Shown in pieces: positions 1-13,400 of a stretch of 64,000 bases of DNA. How positions within the stretch are numbered: the stretch's first letter is position 1; each line of letters opens with the position of its first letter. The DNA is from Podarcis vaucheri (lineage: Eukaryota), in the NCBI GenBank assembly GCA_965113315.1, contig OZ220368.1. One strand, written 5' to 3'. A program made the translations under genes and the position numbers. Below the pieces are notes generated by a model, which had not been told where the DNA came from, did not search any database, and saw only the letters and a list, made by a program, of their open reading frames with translations.

Positions 1-1399
1 TTAAGCTTCTGGTCTGAATAGATGTCTATCAGGTTGCACTATTGTGAAACCCAAGTCACACCATGTTTATAAATACAGTTCATTGCCTTTGAAATATACC
101 CTGCTTTTTCAGATATATTAATATCGCAGCTAACTAAAAAATGTGGTGCCCTATAACGAAAGTGTACCTTAGTCAATTTAAGCAGAAGTAAGGGAATCAA
201 ATCCATATTTTGCCTAAAATAAAATACAGAGGTCTACAGTGACCGTGATTTAAGCTCTCCCATGGAAACAATGGGACATATTTGGTTGGAGGGTTCCCCA
301 AATTATTGCACATTGGGTTGGGTAGCTGTTACAGATATAGTTAGTTGGGCTCTAGGTCTGCTAGGAATGATGTACAGGTTACTGTGACTGGAGGCCCAAT
401 GCAAGTCAGCAAAATGGTGATGTTGCAAAAAAGAGGAAGAAGCAAATCCTGTTTTGAATTTATTAAGAGAAGCATGCAAGACATAAGAGGTAATGACACT
501 TCTTGCTGTGACGCTTATTATAGGTCTCTGAAGTGCTGCATCATGTGTTCACATTTTAATTATACAAACAAACGAGAAGATTCTGAAGACAAACTCAGAG
601 TTGAGAATAACATTCAGAAGGCACTAGACATTTTCACTTAGGGAAAAGTAGCTTGGGGAAGAGGATGTGGAATTAATTTTTATATATTTAATGGATTCAT
701 TTAAGAAGGATGAAAAATGAGTTGAAGTTTTAACCAAATTTAGGTTAGATTATGTATAACTAATTGTAAACAGCTGGGCAGTGAAATGTTGCTCTAGGAA
801 ATAGAGAAGGGTGGAAAATAACACTTCACCAATGCTATAGAAAGGTGTGAATCCAATATGAGTCCAGCCTTTGCTTCAACTTTAATTGGATTAACTGGAA
901 TTATCTCGCCAAGCTAATTTCAAGACTTCTTTGCCTTTGAGGGTATAAGTGATGTTGTTTTGGCTACAGTTGTGAAGTACTTCTGAGACAACTAATTTTG
1001 CCTGATCTGAAACAGTTTTGCATTCTTATTTCTGAATTCACACCCATTTTCAAACATTTTTGTGGACTACTTGAAGCTTGCTAGGGTTCTCGATGGATCA
1101 TTTACACTTTTTTTTTGTTCTGCAATGTATAATAGATTTCAATTCTGAATTAAATATGAGTAAAAAAATAACTATTTCTTCAGCACTGGTCTATTGAAAT
1201 TCAGCACTGTGTTATGAAACCATATTCCTAGACTAGGCTGCTAAGAAAGTCCCCTTTAAATCATAGTAAAAAAAAGAGATAGAGACAGCTCATAATAATT
1301 ATATCATGGGCCTTAGGTCAGGGGCTTATTAATTAATCCATTCATGTTTTAAATGGTTTTGAACTGCATCGGGGTGGGGTGGGAAAGACAACTAAATTG

Positions 1400-2160
1400 A
1401 AATTCCCCATACATTTTTGCTACACACTAATGCCAGTTACGGAGAATAGCAGTTCCAGTTCCAAACCCTCCCATTCAGGCTGACCTCAGCCCTATGGTGG
1501 TTTGCCCCACCAAACCCCTGGGGACCCACATTGGCCTCCTCAGGCCCCAGGGTACCGTATATTGGTTTGCCTTTCTGGACGACATACTGATACGCTGTAT
1601 CTTGAACATGACATAGAACGGCCTGATCCTCTCCCAAATGTTGATTCACCTGGGAGTAGGCTCAACACTGAGGTGGCCAGAATCAGCCTATCCCCTGAAC
1701 ACCAATTTTCCATGATTATTCTGGTACATGCCAAGCGTAAAATGTGACTTCTACAGCAAGCCAAGTTGTTAGGGAAAAGTATTTTCTGCCTGAAACTAGG
1801 CTATTCAGCAGGCTATTCCAGACCTTCCCCCTTGACTAGAAATACCAGGTTATAGCTAGCCTCAGCCCACTAGCTAAGGTGTCAACACTCTGTGGCATAA
1901 TGAGTGGACAGCCTACCCTAAGGGGCTGGGAAATGGGGGGGCATGTGTGAGATGTGCTCACAGGGAGTGTGATTTGAGGCATTCAAGAACATTAAAATTC
2001 AGGGCAATTAAATTGGCATTACCTCATTCTGCTCCACACCCCCAGAGGAGACCTGTCCTGATAAAGACAGAAAACATGGTGGCAAAGGCATGCATAAACA
2101 GGCAGTGGAGCACAAGGTCCAAGTCCATGTGGTTGAAGGCAACTGAGATAGGCAGTAAAT
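1400..2160 (+). mobile_element. Decayed DIRS-like (tyrosine-recombinase) retrotransposon RT/RNase H relic
   Basis: Frameshifted remnants QFQFQTLPFRLTSA (~1450), LLRPQG...FLDDILIR (FLDD 1572-1583), LKFRAIKLAL and VLIKTENMVAKACINRQWSTRS (~1990-2125). Confidence 0.75.
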
Positions 2161-3479
2161 CTGTCCCATCAGGAAGACCACCTTAGAAGAGCCAAAGCCC
2201 TTTTTTCTCCAGCTTTGTGTTCTCTCAGTGCTAAGGAGGCTGATCTAGCCCTTTCTTTTTTTAAAAAAAAACCAACACCTTTACTATCAACTGACTTTGA
2301 GCTGACATCACATCTCAGTGTTTTATTCCATTTGTTCTTTGTTTCATTGTTCTATTTTATTGTATTTTATATATTCTATCATATTTAATGAGTTTCATTT
2401 AAACTGCTTTGGAGATGTATTTTGGCTAGGAAATCCATTACTTATATCCTATTAATAAACAAAACATCTAACATCTGGTCTACTTTTAGATTTCACAGAG
2501 GAATCTGCTTAATATATATAATGACTCATGAGATGGGGGAAATCCTCATAAGGGTGTTACATATGCATTCAGAAAGCTCCTGAGAATAAGGAGGATTTAT
2601 TGGTCATGGGGGGCGGGGGCTAATACAACCACTATAGTCTGCAGCATCACCTGGGATCAGTAATGTGGGACAGAAAATCTTCCAGTGCTTCATTTTTTCT
2701 GTGGAAAATGTTCTGCTTCATAGATTAATTAGTAACTGTGAATGTCAATTACAAGTAAGTGTTAGACAAGCTGGCAATTTCATTTTTCCCCCTTTACAAG
2801 CTAAATTAGATCACTATAAGGCATTTCTGATTTCTCTAAGTGAGCCAGTTCAAATTTTCTGGAAAACCCACATCACTGCCCGTGATCATTCTTTAGACAC
2901 TGCCATCTCCTTCAAAAGATTCAAGGTTTACAAAAGAAAAGAAACTTTATTGTGGGTTTCGTAATATAAAATTTAGGCAAATGGCTGCATAGTAAGCTAC
3001 CCCATTGGATTCCAGTCTGCAGCATATTGTGAAAGGATTCATATATCCTAGTAGAAGCTTTAAGTTTTGCATCAATGTGACAAAAAATTCTAATCTCAGT
3101 GATGAGAAGATGTATAATCTCTTGGACCTTTTCCAATTTTATTTGAACATATATTAAAAGGTTCCATCACATTTTGAAAGATGCACCCACCCCCACCCCC
3201 AATCACTGGCATTGACAACCTCCGCCCCAGAGCGCTTCTCACACACCCTTTGTTGCCCAACTGCATCACAACAGCTCTGCTGCCAATGGGTCTAACTCTC
3301 CAGGAATTGCTGCCACCACCCTCCCACTTACTCCTGCAGTCCTAGGAGAGAGAACCTGGAGTGCGCTAAAGCAGTTATTTTTTAAAGGGTTCTGGACTAA
3401 TGCCCCTGCACTCCTCAGCTCAATCTGTACCTTTGCTTACCTGCCATGGAACAGCTGTAATGTTTGATGTTTTACTGTT

Positions 3480-3575
3480 AGATATTTTAATTTGTTAGAA
3501 GCTGCCCAGAGTGGCAGGGGCAACCTTGTCAGATGAGTGGCATATAAATAATAATTATTATAATTATTATTATTA
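3480..3575 (+). mobile_element. L2-type LINE 3' terminus with (ATT)n tail
   Basis: gaagctgcccagagtggc...cagatgagtggcatataaataataattatt, resembling squamate L2 ends. Confidence 0.55.
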
Positions 3576-3644
3576 CCTGTGTAGGGAAATCATATATGGA
3601 ATGACCTTAATCATTATAATAATTTCTCCTTAACATCTGAATCA

Positions 3645-4080
3645 GGAGAGTTCATGGACCAGTGCTTGGATGGAGTGGTGAGATGGATGAGGAAAAACAA
3701 ATAGAGCTGAATCCTAGCAAAACATAGGCACTACGGGTAGAGTGATTCTCATACCTGAAAAACAGGTCAGTTGCCTACCCTGGGTGGGGTTGCACTCTCC
3801 CTAAAGGAGCAAGTTCACATTCTAGGGGTGCTTCTGGATCAAGTTGTGTCACTGGAGGCCCAGGTAATCTCAACAACTAAAAGCACCCTTTGATGCTGCA
3901 ACTGGTACAATAGCTATTACCATTTCTGGACTGGGAAAGTTTGGCCAGAGTAGTTCATGAATTGGTTACTTAAGAGTACATTGCAGTAATCCCATCTTTT
4001 AAGTGGGGCTTTCCCTGGGCTTGATATGGAAACAGCAGCTAGTGCAGAATGTTGTGGAACGATTGCTGACGGCAGTGTGA
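3645..4080 (+). mobile_element. L2-type LINE ORF2 fragment (degenerate)
   Basis: Remnant translation CLDGVVRWMRKNK..LNPSKT...LPTLGGVALSLKEQVHILGVLLD..VSLEAQV. Confidence 0.75.
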
Positions 4081-4602
4081 CCTCTGCCAAGAAAACCAAG
4101 AACGAGTGCTTCTGAACAACAATTAAGGACGAGTTTTTCTTTCTTGGCCAAGTCTCCAAGCTCAGCGATGCACTGTTGAAGCCAGAAAGTTGTTATGTGA
4201 GGAGGATGAATTTTCTTGCAGAACATCCACGCCAGCTTCACTTACACACCCTCGAGTGGGTGCAGGTACTATAACTGCCTGGTATGTTCTTTGATCCTGC
4301 CCAGATTTCTCCTAGAAATTTCAGTAATCATCCATCACCAGTTCAAGTGTTACACAGGTCATTGTAAGAAACAAGCCATTTTTTCTCAAAAAGCCAGAAC
4401 CATGAAAAAGAGACCAGAGATGGTTTACAAGTTGGAAGTCATGAAGAAATGTTAATTGGGCGACACTGACAGCAAAGCGCAAAAGGGTGGGTAGGAAGGC
4501 CACTAGTCGGGAAAAGAAATGAGATAAATGACTAAAAGCAACACATCAGTTGAGATCAAAGAAACTTATACCAAGTCCACTTGGTATAGCAACTACACAG
4601 TG

Positions 4603-4670
4603 GACTTGGGTGAAGGTATTGAGGGGGTGCTCATCAGATTTGCAGATGACATCAAACTGAGAGGAGTAAC
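4603..4670 (+). mobile_element. CR1 reverse transcriptase fragment
   Basis: DLGEGIEGVLIRFADDIKLRG (FADD motif). Confidence 0.7.
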
Positions 4671-4861
4671 AGTTAAGGTAACAGTTCCAAGACTCAAGTT
4701 TTTATTAAAGACAGATTTTTTAAATTAAAAATACAGATGACTTTATTTTGCCAAGTATTGTCCAGCAATGTCTATCCACCAAGAAAACAATGTCACCTTC
4801 CTCCTATCAGTTGGTTCCCAATTATCGGGTTGGTAACATGCTTTTGGAAACTGGACTTACT

Positions 4862-5315
4862 GAAACTGGAACGTGTCCAGAGGAGGGCAACCAAAATGGT
4901 CAAAGGCCTGGAAACGATGCCTTATGAGGAACGGCTAAGGGAGCTGGGCATGTTTAGCCTGGAGAAGAGGAGGTTAAGGGGTGATATGATAGCCATGTTC
5001 AAATATATAAAAGGATGTCACATAGAGGAGGGAGAAAGGTTGTTTTCTGCTGCTCCAAAGAAGCGGACACGGAGCAATGGATCCAAACTACAAGAAAGAA
5101 GATTCCACCTAAACATTAGGAAGAACTTCCTGGCAGTAAGAGCTGTTCGACAGTGGAATTTGCTGCCAAGGAGTGTGGTGGAGTCTCCTACTTTGGAGGT
5201 CTTTAAGCAGAGGCTTGACAACCATATGTCAGGAGTGCTCTGATGGTGTTTCCTGCTTGGCAGGGGGTTGGACTCGATGGCCCTTGTGGTCTCTTCCAAC
5301 TCTATGATTCTATGA
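4862..5315 (+). mobile_element. 5'-truncated CR1 LINE (ORF2 C-terminus + 3'UTR)
   Basis: Open frame [17 protein letters not shown]...[11 protein letters not shown]...[13 protein letters not shown], ending in ttccaactctatgattctatga. Confidence 0.93.
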
Positions 5316-6124
5316 ACAATCCTCAGACTCCGAGGAAAAACTTCTAATTTTGCTCTTGTGGTATGTACACAGACAGTGCAACCTACTTTCCTGCTTAAAG
5401 AAAGTGTGGTTGGAGACTTGGACAGCGGAAGCATTAGCCTTAAGAGGGCTAAATCCAGATCTCCTGTTGACGCAGGCAGTGCAGGTGGAGAATTAAAATT
5501 CCTCAAGCCCTTAAGAAACCTCTGGATAAGGAACTGTGAAAAGATGGCTTGTAACTGATTAGGTGATAAGCTGCTAATATAGCTAAGTGGATTGTAATGG
5601 ATGAAATAGATAGGTCACCACCTTTTAGATCCTAGCAACAAGGACACCCAAGCCAACCCCAGTGAACATTTCAACTCATCTCCCTTTATATCCCCCACTC
5701 ACTTTCCCTGTTCCTCAGAAGGAAGTCCACCTTCTCCGACTTCTTGGTGTCATATCTTCTACAATACTGTCCAGCACTTGTAATTTCCAATTATTTGGCA
5801 CACTTTCTTTTTCATATTTTAGTCCCTTCTTAATTTCTTCAGTAGCATAACCTTTCCCAAAGCTGCCCAGGTAAGGACTACCATTAGAGACTACACTTAT
5901 CAACCAGTTCCCTTTTTCTGTGCCTAGTACACTGCCGTGATTACAGATGACAGAGATACTAACTGGACATTTGAAAAACCTATCTCAAAATGGGAAGTCA
6001 TCCAGCCACCACTCCATTAATTCCTCCATGCAGATCAAAATCTGAGTGCTTGAGTCCTGCCCCAATTTTGTCCTTTCACAAACCCCTGCCCTCAATCCAT
6101 CAGTGGCATAGAGGAGCAACAACA

Positions 6125-6230
6125 AACGAACGCCAGCTCCCTCGGCCTGTAAAGCGAGATGAGTGCCACAACCCCACAGTTATCTACAACTGGACTTAAC
6201 TGTCAGGGGTCCTTTGCCTTTACCTTTACT
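6125..6230 (+). mobile_element. Sauria SINE 3' fragment
   Basis: gccagctccctcggcctgtaaagcgagatgag...ggggtcctttgcctttaccttt tail; matches the copy at 44.9-45.05 kb. Confidence 0.75.
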
Positions 6231-7069
6231 AGAAGAAATAGGCTTAGGGACAGCTGACAACAAAGTTGTCCACTTTTTGTCAATGCTTCTACAGACTGCG
6301 AATCGTACTTGGAAACTTTTTTGAGGTGTAGGATTAGTGAAGTCAGTGAGACAGGGCCTGGCTTACCAAGAGATGCACTTTCTAATATTAGACATTAGTG
6401 TGATACGCAAGCATAACCCATTCATTACCTGCTGTTGAATACTTCTGTTCACAGGTCCATTGATGTCCCCTGGTCCTTGTCTTAATGTTAACTGAACATA
6501 CTTTCCCACAGCAACATGTGCTAAGAATGCTCTTCAGTACGTCACTATGAATGCATAGTATTACAGTGGCATAGTAAAGATTTTGAGACTATTGCCAAAC
6601 TTCACAACCAACTCTGCTCAAAATACTAGTAGCCTGCCATCAAAGTGGTCAGCTATGGCAGGAGGGTCATGAAACAGGCTCTCACTTTTGGAACCCATTT
6701 TTTAGAAGCAAAGGTATACCTTTCACTTCTTAAGTAAGGACACATGAAGAATCCCACCAGTTATACAATTTTAACCAACAGCTTGATGTACAAACTCCTG
6801 AAGGATACATATATTTGGTCTCACCTTGCGTATTTCTGAAAAATATGCAAGATACATATTTTATTAAGTTTGTCTTGGTCAAGAGCTACAGTAGTGCAAA
6901 TAATTGAAACTCTGAAGAAATCGGATTTGACAAAGACCCTTTAGCACCTGAAAATTTGTATTCCTTCCTAACAGCTATAGCTGGCAGCATTGGCACCTCT
7001 AATATAACTTACCAGTAGTAACTTTTCATTGCTTTGTTTTTACTAGAACACAAATTAAGTTGAAAAATG

Positions 7070-7075
7070 TTTATT
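7070..7075 (-). terminator. Probable BCAS2 polyadenylation signal (AATAAA)
   Basis: tttatt on + strand ~230 nt past the stop codon; a second AATAAA at 6860-6865. Confidence 0.6.
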
Positions 7076-7306
7076 TTTAGTTATTTTAAAAAATTGGAAA
7101 CATACACAAACAAAAAATCTGCAACATTCATGCCAGAAATTGGGAAACTCGGTAAATCCTTTTAGAAACACTTCTGTTCCTTGCAATCAGTTTTTCAGCA
7201 ATCAGTTGCACAAATGACAGCTCCCCCTCCCCACTAAGAAATTAGAATTTACAGCCATGCATAGACTTCAGTTTTTGTGTTTTGCAGCTAAAGGCCAACG
7301 CAAGTC

Positions 7307-7433
7307 TCAGAAGTCCTGTTGGATGTTTTCTTTGTTTGCCTCTCCATGTTGCTGCTTGATTTGAGAAATTTCATTTTCCAGTTGCACAATAGTTCGTTCA
7401 ATCTCATAGTTTTTACTGACCAGGGACACCCAC
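7307..7433 (-). CDS. BCAS2: BCAS2 coding exon 7 ([41 protein letters not shown])
   Basis: CAG acceptor; TGA at 7309-7307; 127 nt. Confidence 0.96.
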
Positions 7434-10400
7434 CTGAGGGGGGAAAGAAAACAAAAATTAAATTACTATAGGCTTCCTTAATGCTAGGTTACCAGTTAAG
7501 GGAACAAGTTGGAAGTGCTGTGGTTAAGGGAAGCCAATCTCAATTGAGACTTCCAACTGGTTTTGTATAAGGTTGTGTTCCTCCCTGAAAGACAGAGAAG
7601 AGGCAGGGAGCAAAGTTCAAGAAACTTACATAGATTCCATCTCTCGAAGTTTAGCACCAGCTGTGAGCTGCATGTTCTTCCGCTGCCAGTTAAGGTCTTG
7701 AATGTGTTTCCTGAAGAAAAGGGTGACATACTGAATCACTTGTAGTCATTTATTCTACTGCCCTAAGTCCACAGACAAGTGGAACAGACTGTACAATCAC
7801 ATATTCAGCCCTAAAAACAGGAGCTTGGACAACTATTTTGGACTATCTTGGAAGCAATGTTAAGAGTTCTGAAAGACTCTGGATTCAACACTTTAATGCT
7901 TTGGCCACACCTATCACTGACATGCAGCCTTCAGAGTTGGCCGACAAGGAATGTGATCCTTAGGCTAAAAAGACCTGTTAGCCACATCTGATCTAGATCC
8001 ATTATCCAGAAGTAGCACCACTTGTGGACTCCATCACCATTCAGATCTCTAAAAATGTACATATGCTTCTTGAATTAGTCCTTGTATGGCACTCCTAATT
8101 CTTTTCTTCTGAATTTCTTCTCAAAAGCATTTTATCAGTAATTATGAATGGCCTTTTAGTTTTAATGGTGGCCCTAGCTAGCCAACTTAACAGACAAGGA
8201 TTCAGGAACAGGAAACATGAGCTCATCCCTGCAATTTGGATCTCTACAATATTTTATGCCACTGAAGGTAGAAAAAAAAGAAAACTACATTTTTTTCAAA
8301 GTAAATTAATCATGTGCACACTGCCTGCATTAAGAGAGATCCAGGAAAGAGTTCAATGCAGCACAAAGGAGATTGTCAGTGATCTCCCTTTCTCCTCCCG
8401 CACAAACTGTTTAGGGGTTCTCCCAGTTCCTCCAGAGCCAATTTGAGGGAGGTGTGGAAGCATGTAGAAGGAAGGGGGGAAGCTCCCCCGTACTAGCAGA
8501 AGTCCTTGGATGGGGTTCTGCTAGAAGCAAGGCTTTTTTTAAACAGAACTCACCAGAGTTCAGTTCCAGCACCTCTCAGGTGGGCGCCATTGCCATTTTA
8601 AGAGAACAAGGGAGGTGTTCATGAGGACTTCCAGCATGTCTTTTTCTAGAAAAATAGCAATGGCTAGAGGGACCCATAAGTTGAATCTGGCCCTCTGATT
8701 CAAACTACTGACAGACCTAACTTCATGTCATTCAAAAAAAAAACAACAATCTACAACAAACAGCTTCACTCCCAGAAATGAGTATCATTCTTGAGCTGTT
8801 ACTTGGTATGCTGCTTCTCAAGGAGTTATCTCCAGAAAATTATCTAAGGGAAACAGAGCCATCTAAGCATTTTGTATCTAATATTTGGAAACGATGGACT
8901 AGTGAGACCTTCATAATAACCAAGAGAATGTCTAAAAATAGCAGCAGTAACCCCAAATTCCAAAATGAAAGAAAAACATATTTAAACGTTTATTTCTTGC
9001 ACAATCCCATGTATACATGAATAATTCAAAATACACACTGTACTAGAATGCATATTTTGCAATCTGCAACAAAGATTAAAGACTTATACATTATTAGAGC
9101 CCCATAAACTATAATTCAATTTTTCTTCCAAAAGGCAACTGAAAAACAGGACTCACCTCAAACTCTGCAGCTCCTTTTGTGCCTGTTCAATCATATGAAC
9201 TAAATGCCTATCAGCAAAGAAAAATACTAGTTCAAAAAATGATTCCAATAGAGAGTTCAAGTAATGCAATGTACTGATCTATATTTTATCTTAAGCATAA
9301 CTTAAGCTAACTGGGGGCTTTAGATTAACTCTGTTTCTATGTCTCTTTACAGTGCTGTAACTCTATTGATCCCTGAAACATAAGAATAAAATTTGGTACA
9401 CAGGACACAGTTCTATGTTTGAACTTCAGATACCAACTTAATACCCACAGTAGTTTAAAGGAAATCAGTTTACCCAAACCACATTAATTAGCCCATCCCA
9501 TATTCCAAGTAATGCTAATATGGAACTTGGTGTCCATTCTTGTCTAATTAATTACTAGTAAACCAAGCTGACATGAAACTTTTTTCTAGATTAGATACTA
9601 TTAAGTCAAGAAAATTCAGTATTTTACTGAGAGAAACAAATGTGGTAGGATTCACAGTAAAGCATGCTTAATGGGGCTGGTGTGTGGCATTCCTGGTCTA
9701 CTCTATGATGTGTATGTCTCGTGTAGTTTTATGAAATTTCTTATTGCTTTCCATTGTTGTATACCACTTTGATACATTTTGTAAAAAGGAGCACAGAAAT
9801 CCTTAAATAAAACAACTTTTTTGTCCCCTCCTTTCTGCAGCAGCCCCTCCAGCTCCCTGAAAATAAGGAGTGAGAGAATAGGATCCCTGAGATTGAGTGG
9901 AGGCAACTTCTACTATGCCAGCTTCTAATAATCGGTGAATTTTTTCAGGGACCAGTGTGGGGGAGACATGGTAAGGAGGGGGCAGGGAACTCAGCACCCA
10001 CCAGCCCCATTACACACTCTTAACTCTCAATACAGCACTTAGAACTTTTGCAATTCCCTACTGCAGGCATGTCCAAAGTCCATTTTGGGGGCCTAATCCA
10101 GCCCACCGGTCAGTTTAATCTGGCCCCTGTAGGAGTTTATTTCCTGGGGTAAAATCCTAAGAAAACCTCAACAAGTTCAATCCCCGAAAAAGCTCAAAAG
10201 AATTGGGGTAAAATCATAAAAAAGCTCAACAATTTCAACCCTGAAAAAAGGTCAACAATTTTGGTTGGCCCCCATGGCTCTTCACTTCATCAAATCTGGC
10301 TCTCTTTTGAAAAAAGTTTCGACACCACTGCCCTACTGCAAAGTTTACATTCTGACTTGCAGCATCTTCTCTAATCTTTTCATCTTAAAAAACATTCATG

Positions 10401-13400
10401 TGGTGAATGAAGATCCACTGAAAGAAGGAATAAAACCAATTCTTGACCCTTTTCAATGAAGAAGTATCCAATAGTATATGGCTCTTATTTTTTACTTGCA
10501 GGTGTGAAAGTGCTAAGGAAGGAGGGGTAGGTTTGGTTCTCAGTAGCAGGAAAGACAGCACTCCATTGACTTCAAGACTGATTTTTTAAAAGGTTTTCAG
10601 TTATCACTTTGGAAGCATTTCACAACAAAAAAAATTATAAAGCCTTCCAGCTAGCCCTTTTTAAGAAATGACTTGAAGGAGACACAAATATCTTACTCAT
10701 TATACACTTTCCATGCATTGCAGCCATACTGAGACATCAACTCCAAATTCTCAATTCGGACTGCCTGGTGCTCCAGCTGAGCCATTGAGTTATTAACACA
10801 TTCTTGCCATGCTGTGATGTCATTCTTCTGCCCAGAGGATGGTGCAGGCAGCTCATATCTGTGAAGAAAGCAAGAGAAATTATAGTTCAGGAACAACAGT
10901 TTAGATGGTTTGAAGTTTAAGAAAGTCATTGCACTGATCATGTCCATGACTAATTTTTATCAGTGAAATAGATGTGTATCAAAAGCATTCAATAGCTCAA
11001 TAAACGCTAAAGGCTATTTAAAATACCTGGGGAGCACAACGATTTTGGTTCATTTGTCTAGTTTCAGGCACATGTAGTCCTATTTGCAGAAGTATGACCC
11101 AATGTCTGCTTTCTCCAATGCTATCAGCATGAAGAAACTTAATCTCTTTTGCTAAAATGCTGAATTATAATTCCACAAACAGACCTACAAGTTCCTTGAA
11201 GACATAACAGACCACTAGCTATTGTTCCAACAGAGTATGCCTGCCACCCTGAGGCAAGAACTAGAACATCACATTTTAATACTTTTCAGAATCAGGCATC
11301 CAAACCTTATTTCTTTCTAGATTTTGACTTTGCATAGATGGTACACCCCACAGAAGGTCCCTAAGTTACCTTTTCATGCTCAACAGTTCTATGGGCTGTC
11401 GGGCTGCTAGGCGTTCAAATTCATTCCGCATTATTTCAGTCTATGAAACACAAGTCAAGAAGAATTACTTGCAGTCCAGAAGATGATAACCTGAAAATTC
11501 TAAATATGATCACATGTAAGAAACAAAGGTCTAGACCTCAACCCGATACCAAAGAAATCACCTTGTCCTAAGGTACACCTGTGTCCCTGGAACTCCTGAA
11601 CACATTCAGGGTACTTCATGTATTCTAGGGCTCAGCCCAGGCCTTGGCAACAAATAGTATTTTTCAAAGCACTGCTAGGACTTAAAAATCAGGGAGCTCT
11701 CAGTTCAAGTTTTATCTAGTCCAGAAAGTCACAGTCTCTCAGTCTCTGCCATTTACAATAAAGAGATAATATACTATCCTGCCTTACAGAACAGCTGAAA
11801 ATATAAATATGAGATGTTCTCCATTCACTTCCCCCTAAACACAGAGAATCTTTTTCTATTTTTGCATCTTTCCTTATATGTTTTGAGAAAAACAACACTT
11901 ATACTCCAATTTCTCTTCAAGCAAAACATACTTATCCCTGCACATTTTTTAGGATGGAACTATATCACAGTAATCAAAATCAGGCCTCACAATTAGTTCT
12001 ACTTTTATTTTAAGTATCCAATAAAGTACTGCTACCTTAAAATTTATTAAACAAGTTAACAGAAACCAGAGGTGGTTCATGTTTATACTTAAAACTAGTA
12101 ACTCAGGTGAAGCTGTTACTTTAGAAGTTTTTGCTATGCTGGGACCCTACAATACAAAATAGTTATGGCAGTGCCCTCTAGCGGCTTGATTTCTATTAAA
12201 ATATTCATTGCTCACTTGGAGACAGGCAGGAAAAACTGTTTTACATTTGTTGGAAATACCGCTAACTACTTTTGAAGTTGAACACTGGCTTATTTTTATT
12301 CGTACCTTTATTGCTGCCAGACTACAGTTAACTGCCTTGACCCTAAAAGGCAGCCTAGAAATTTCTTAAATATTTTAAATAACTTTTCTAGATTAACATC
12401 CTGAAACTGCTTTTTTATTGTGTATTTTTAATTATTGTAAACAACCTTGGATATTTTATAAACTGGCTACACATGTAAAACAAAAACCACAAGCACTTCA
12501 AACTATTGCCTACTGAGACAATTCCAAAAACCAAGAAGTGCGTCTTCAAGACTCAACCCTGACCTTAAGTTAAATTTCGGGGGGGGGGTGTTCTGTATGC
12601 CGGGCGGTGGATTTCGGGGAATCTTGCCACACCGCAAAGACAAGCACACCCCTACAAGATAACTTCTCATGGACTACCATATGCAGGAAGCAGAGTCTGC
12701 TATCTTGGCCCACCAAGGCTTGTGCCACATTAAGCCCGTTAGACCTTCCTTGGAGGTTGTGAAGCAGAGGTTGGATGGCCACCTGTCAAGGATGCTTCAG
12801 CTTAGATTCCTACATTGCAGGGGGTTGGACTAGATGACCCTTGAGGGTCACTGCCTACTCTACAGTTTGATGATTCCATCATGACCAGCCGAAAGTCTAT
12901 TTCACTGTCTTTGCGGGCATCTGCAAAAAACTTGCACAGCCACTTCTCGTAGTTCCGTGACAAGGATAGGAAAATTATCGCCCGCCAGAGATAGTTACAA
13001 CTACCATTCCTGTCAGCCCCAGCCAGCGGCCATGGATGCTGGGAGCTGCAGTCCAAGTACCGGCAAGTCCTAGCTCTGAACCCAAGGACCAGGGTTGGAT
13101 TTAGGTTTGATGAGGCCCTAAGCTACTGAAGGTAATGGGGCCCTTTATTTGTCCAGCTGTCAAATATATGTCGAATATATGCTATATGGTAATTTTTGGA
13201 CCGAAAGCCATTAGCACATAACAAGATATTTTATCAAAGTAATTGTTGAACTGAAATACAATTAATTACATCATAGGAGCCTACACAACACAAAATACTG
13301 TTGCTGTATGTAGGTTTTATTTCATTTGTGGGGGGGTTGCCTTAAATTTGGGAAATGTACATCCAGTTGTCTTTTTCCTTTAAATTTTTGGGGGGTCCCG

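Noticed and set aside
4737-5506. 168-aa and 162-aa ORFs as host genes
   Set aside because: CR1 ORF2 C-terminus and its antisense frame
1-7000. TRIM33 or other syntenic neighbour exons downstream of BCAS2
   Set aside because: No recognisable coding sequence or CpG island; region dominated by decayed TEs
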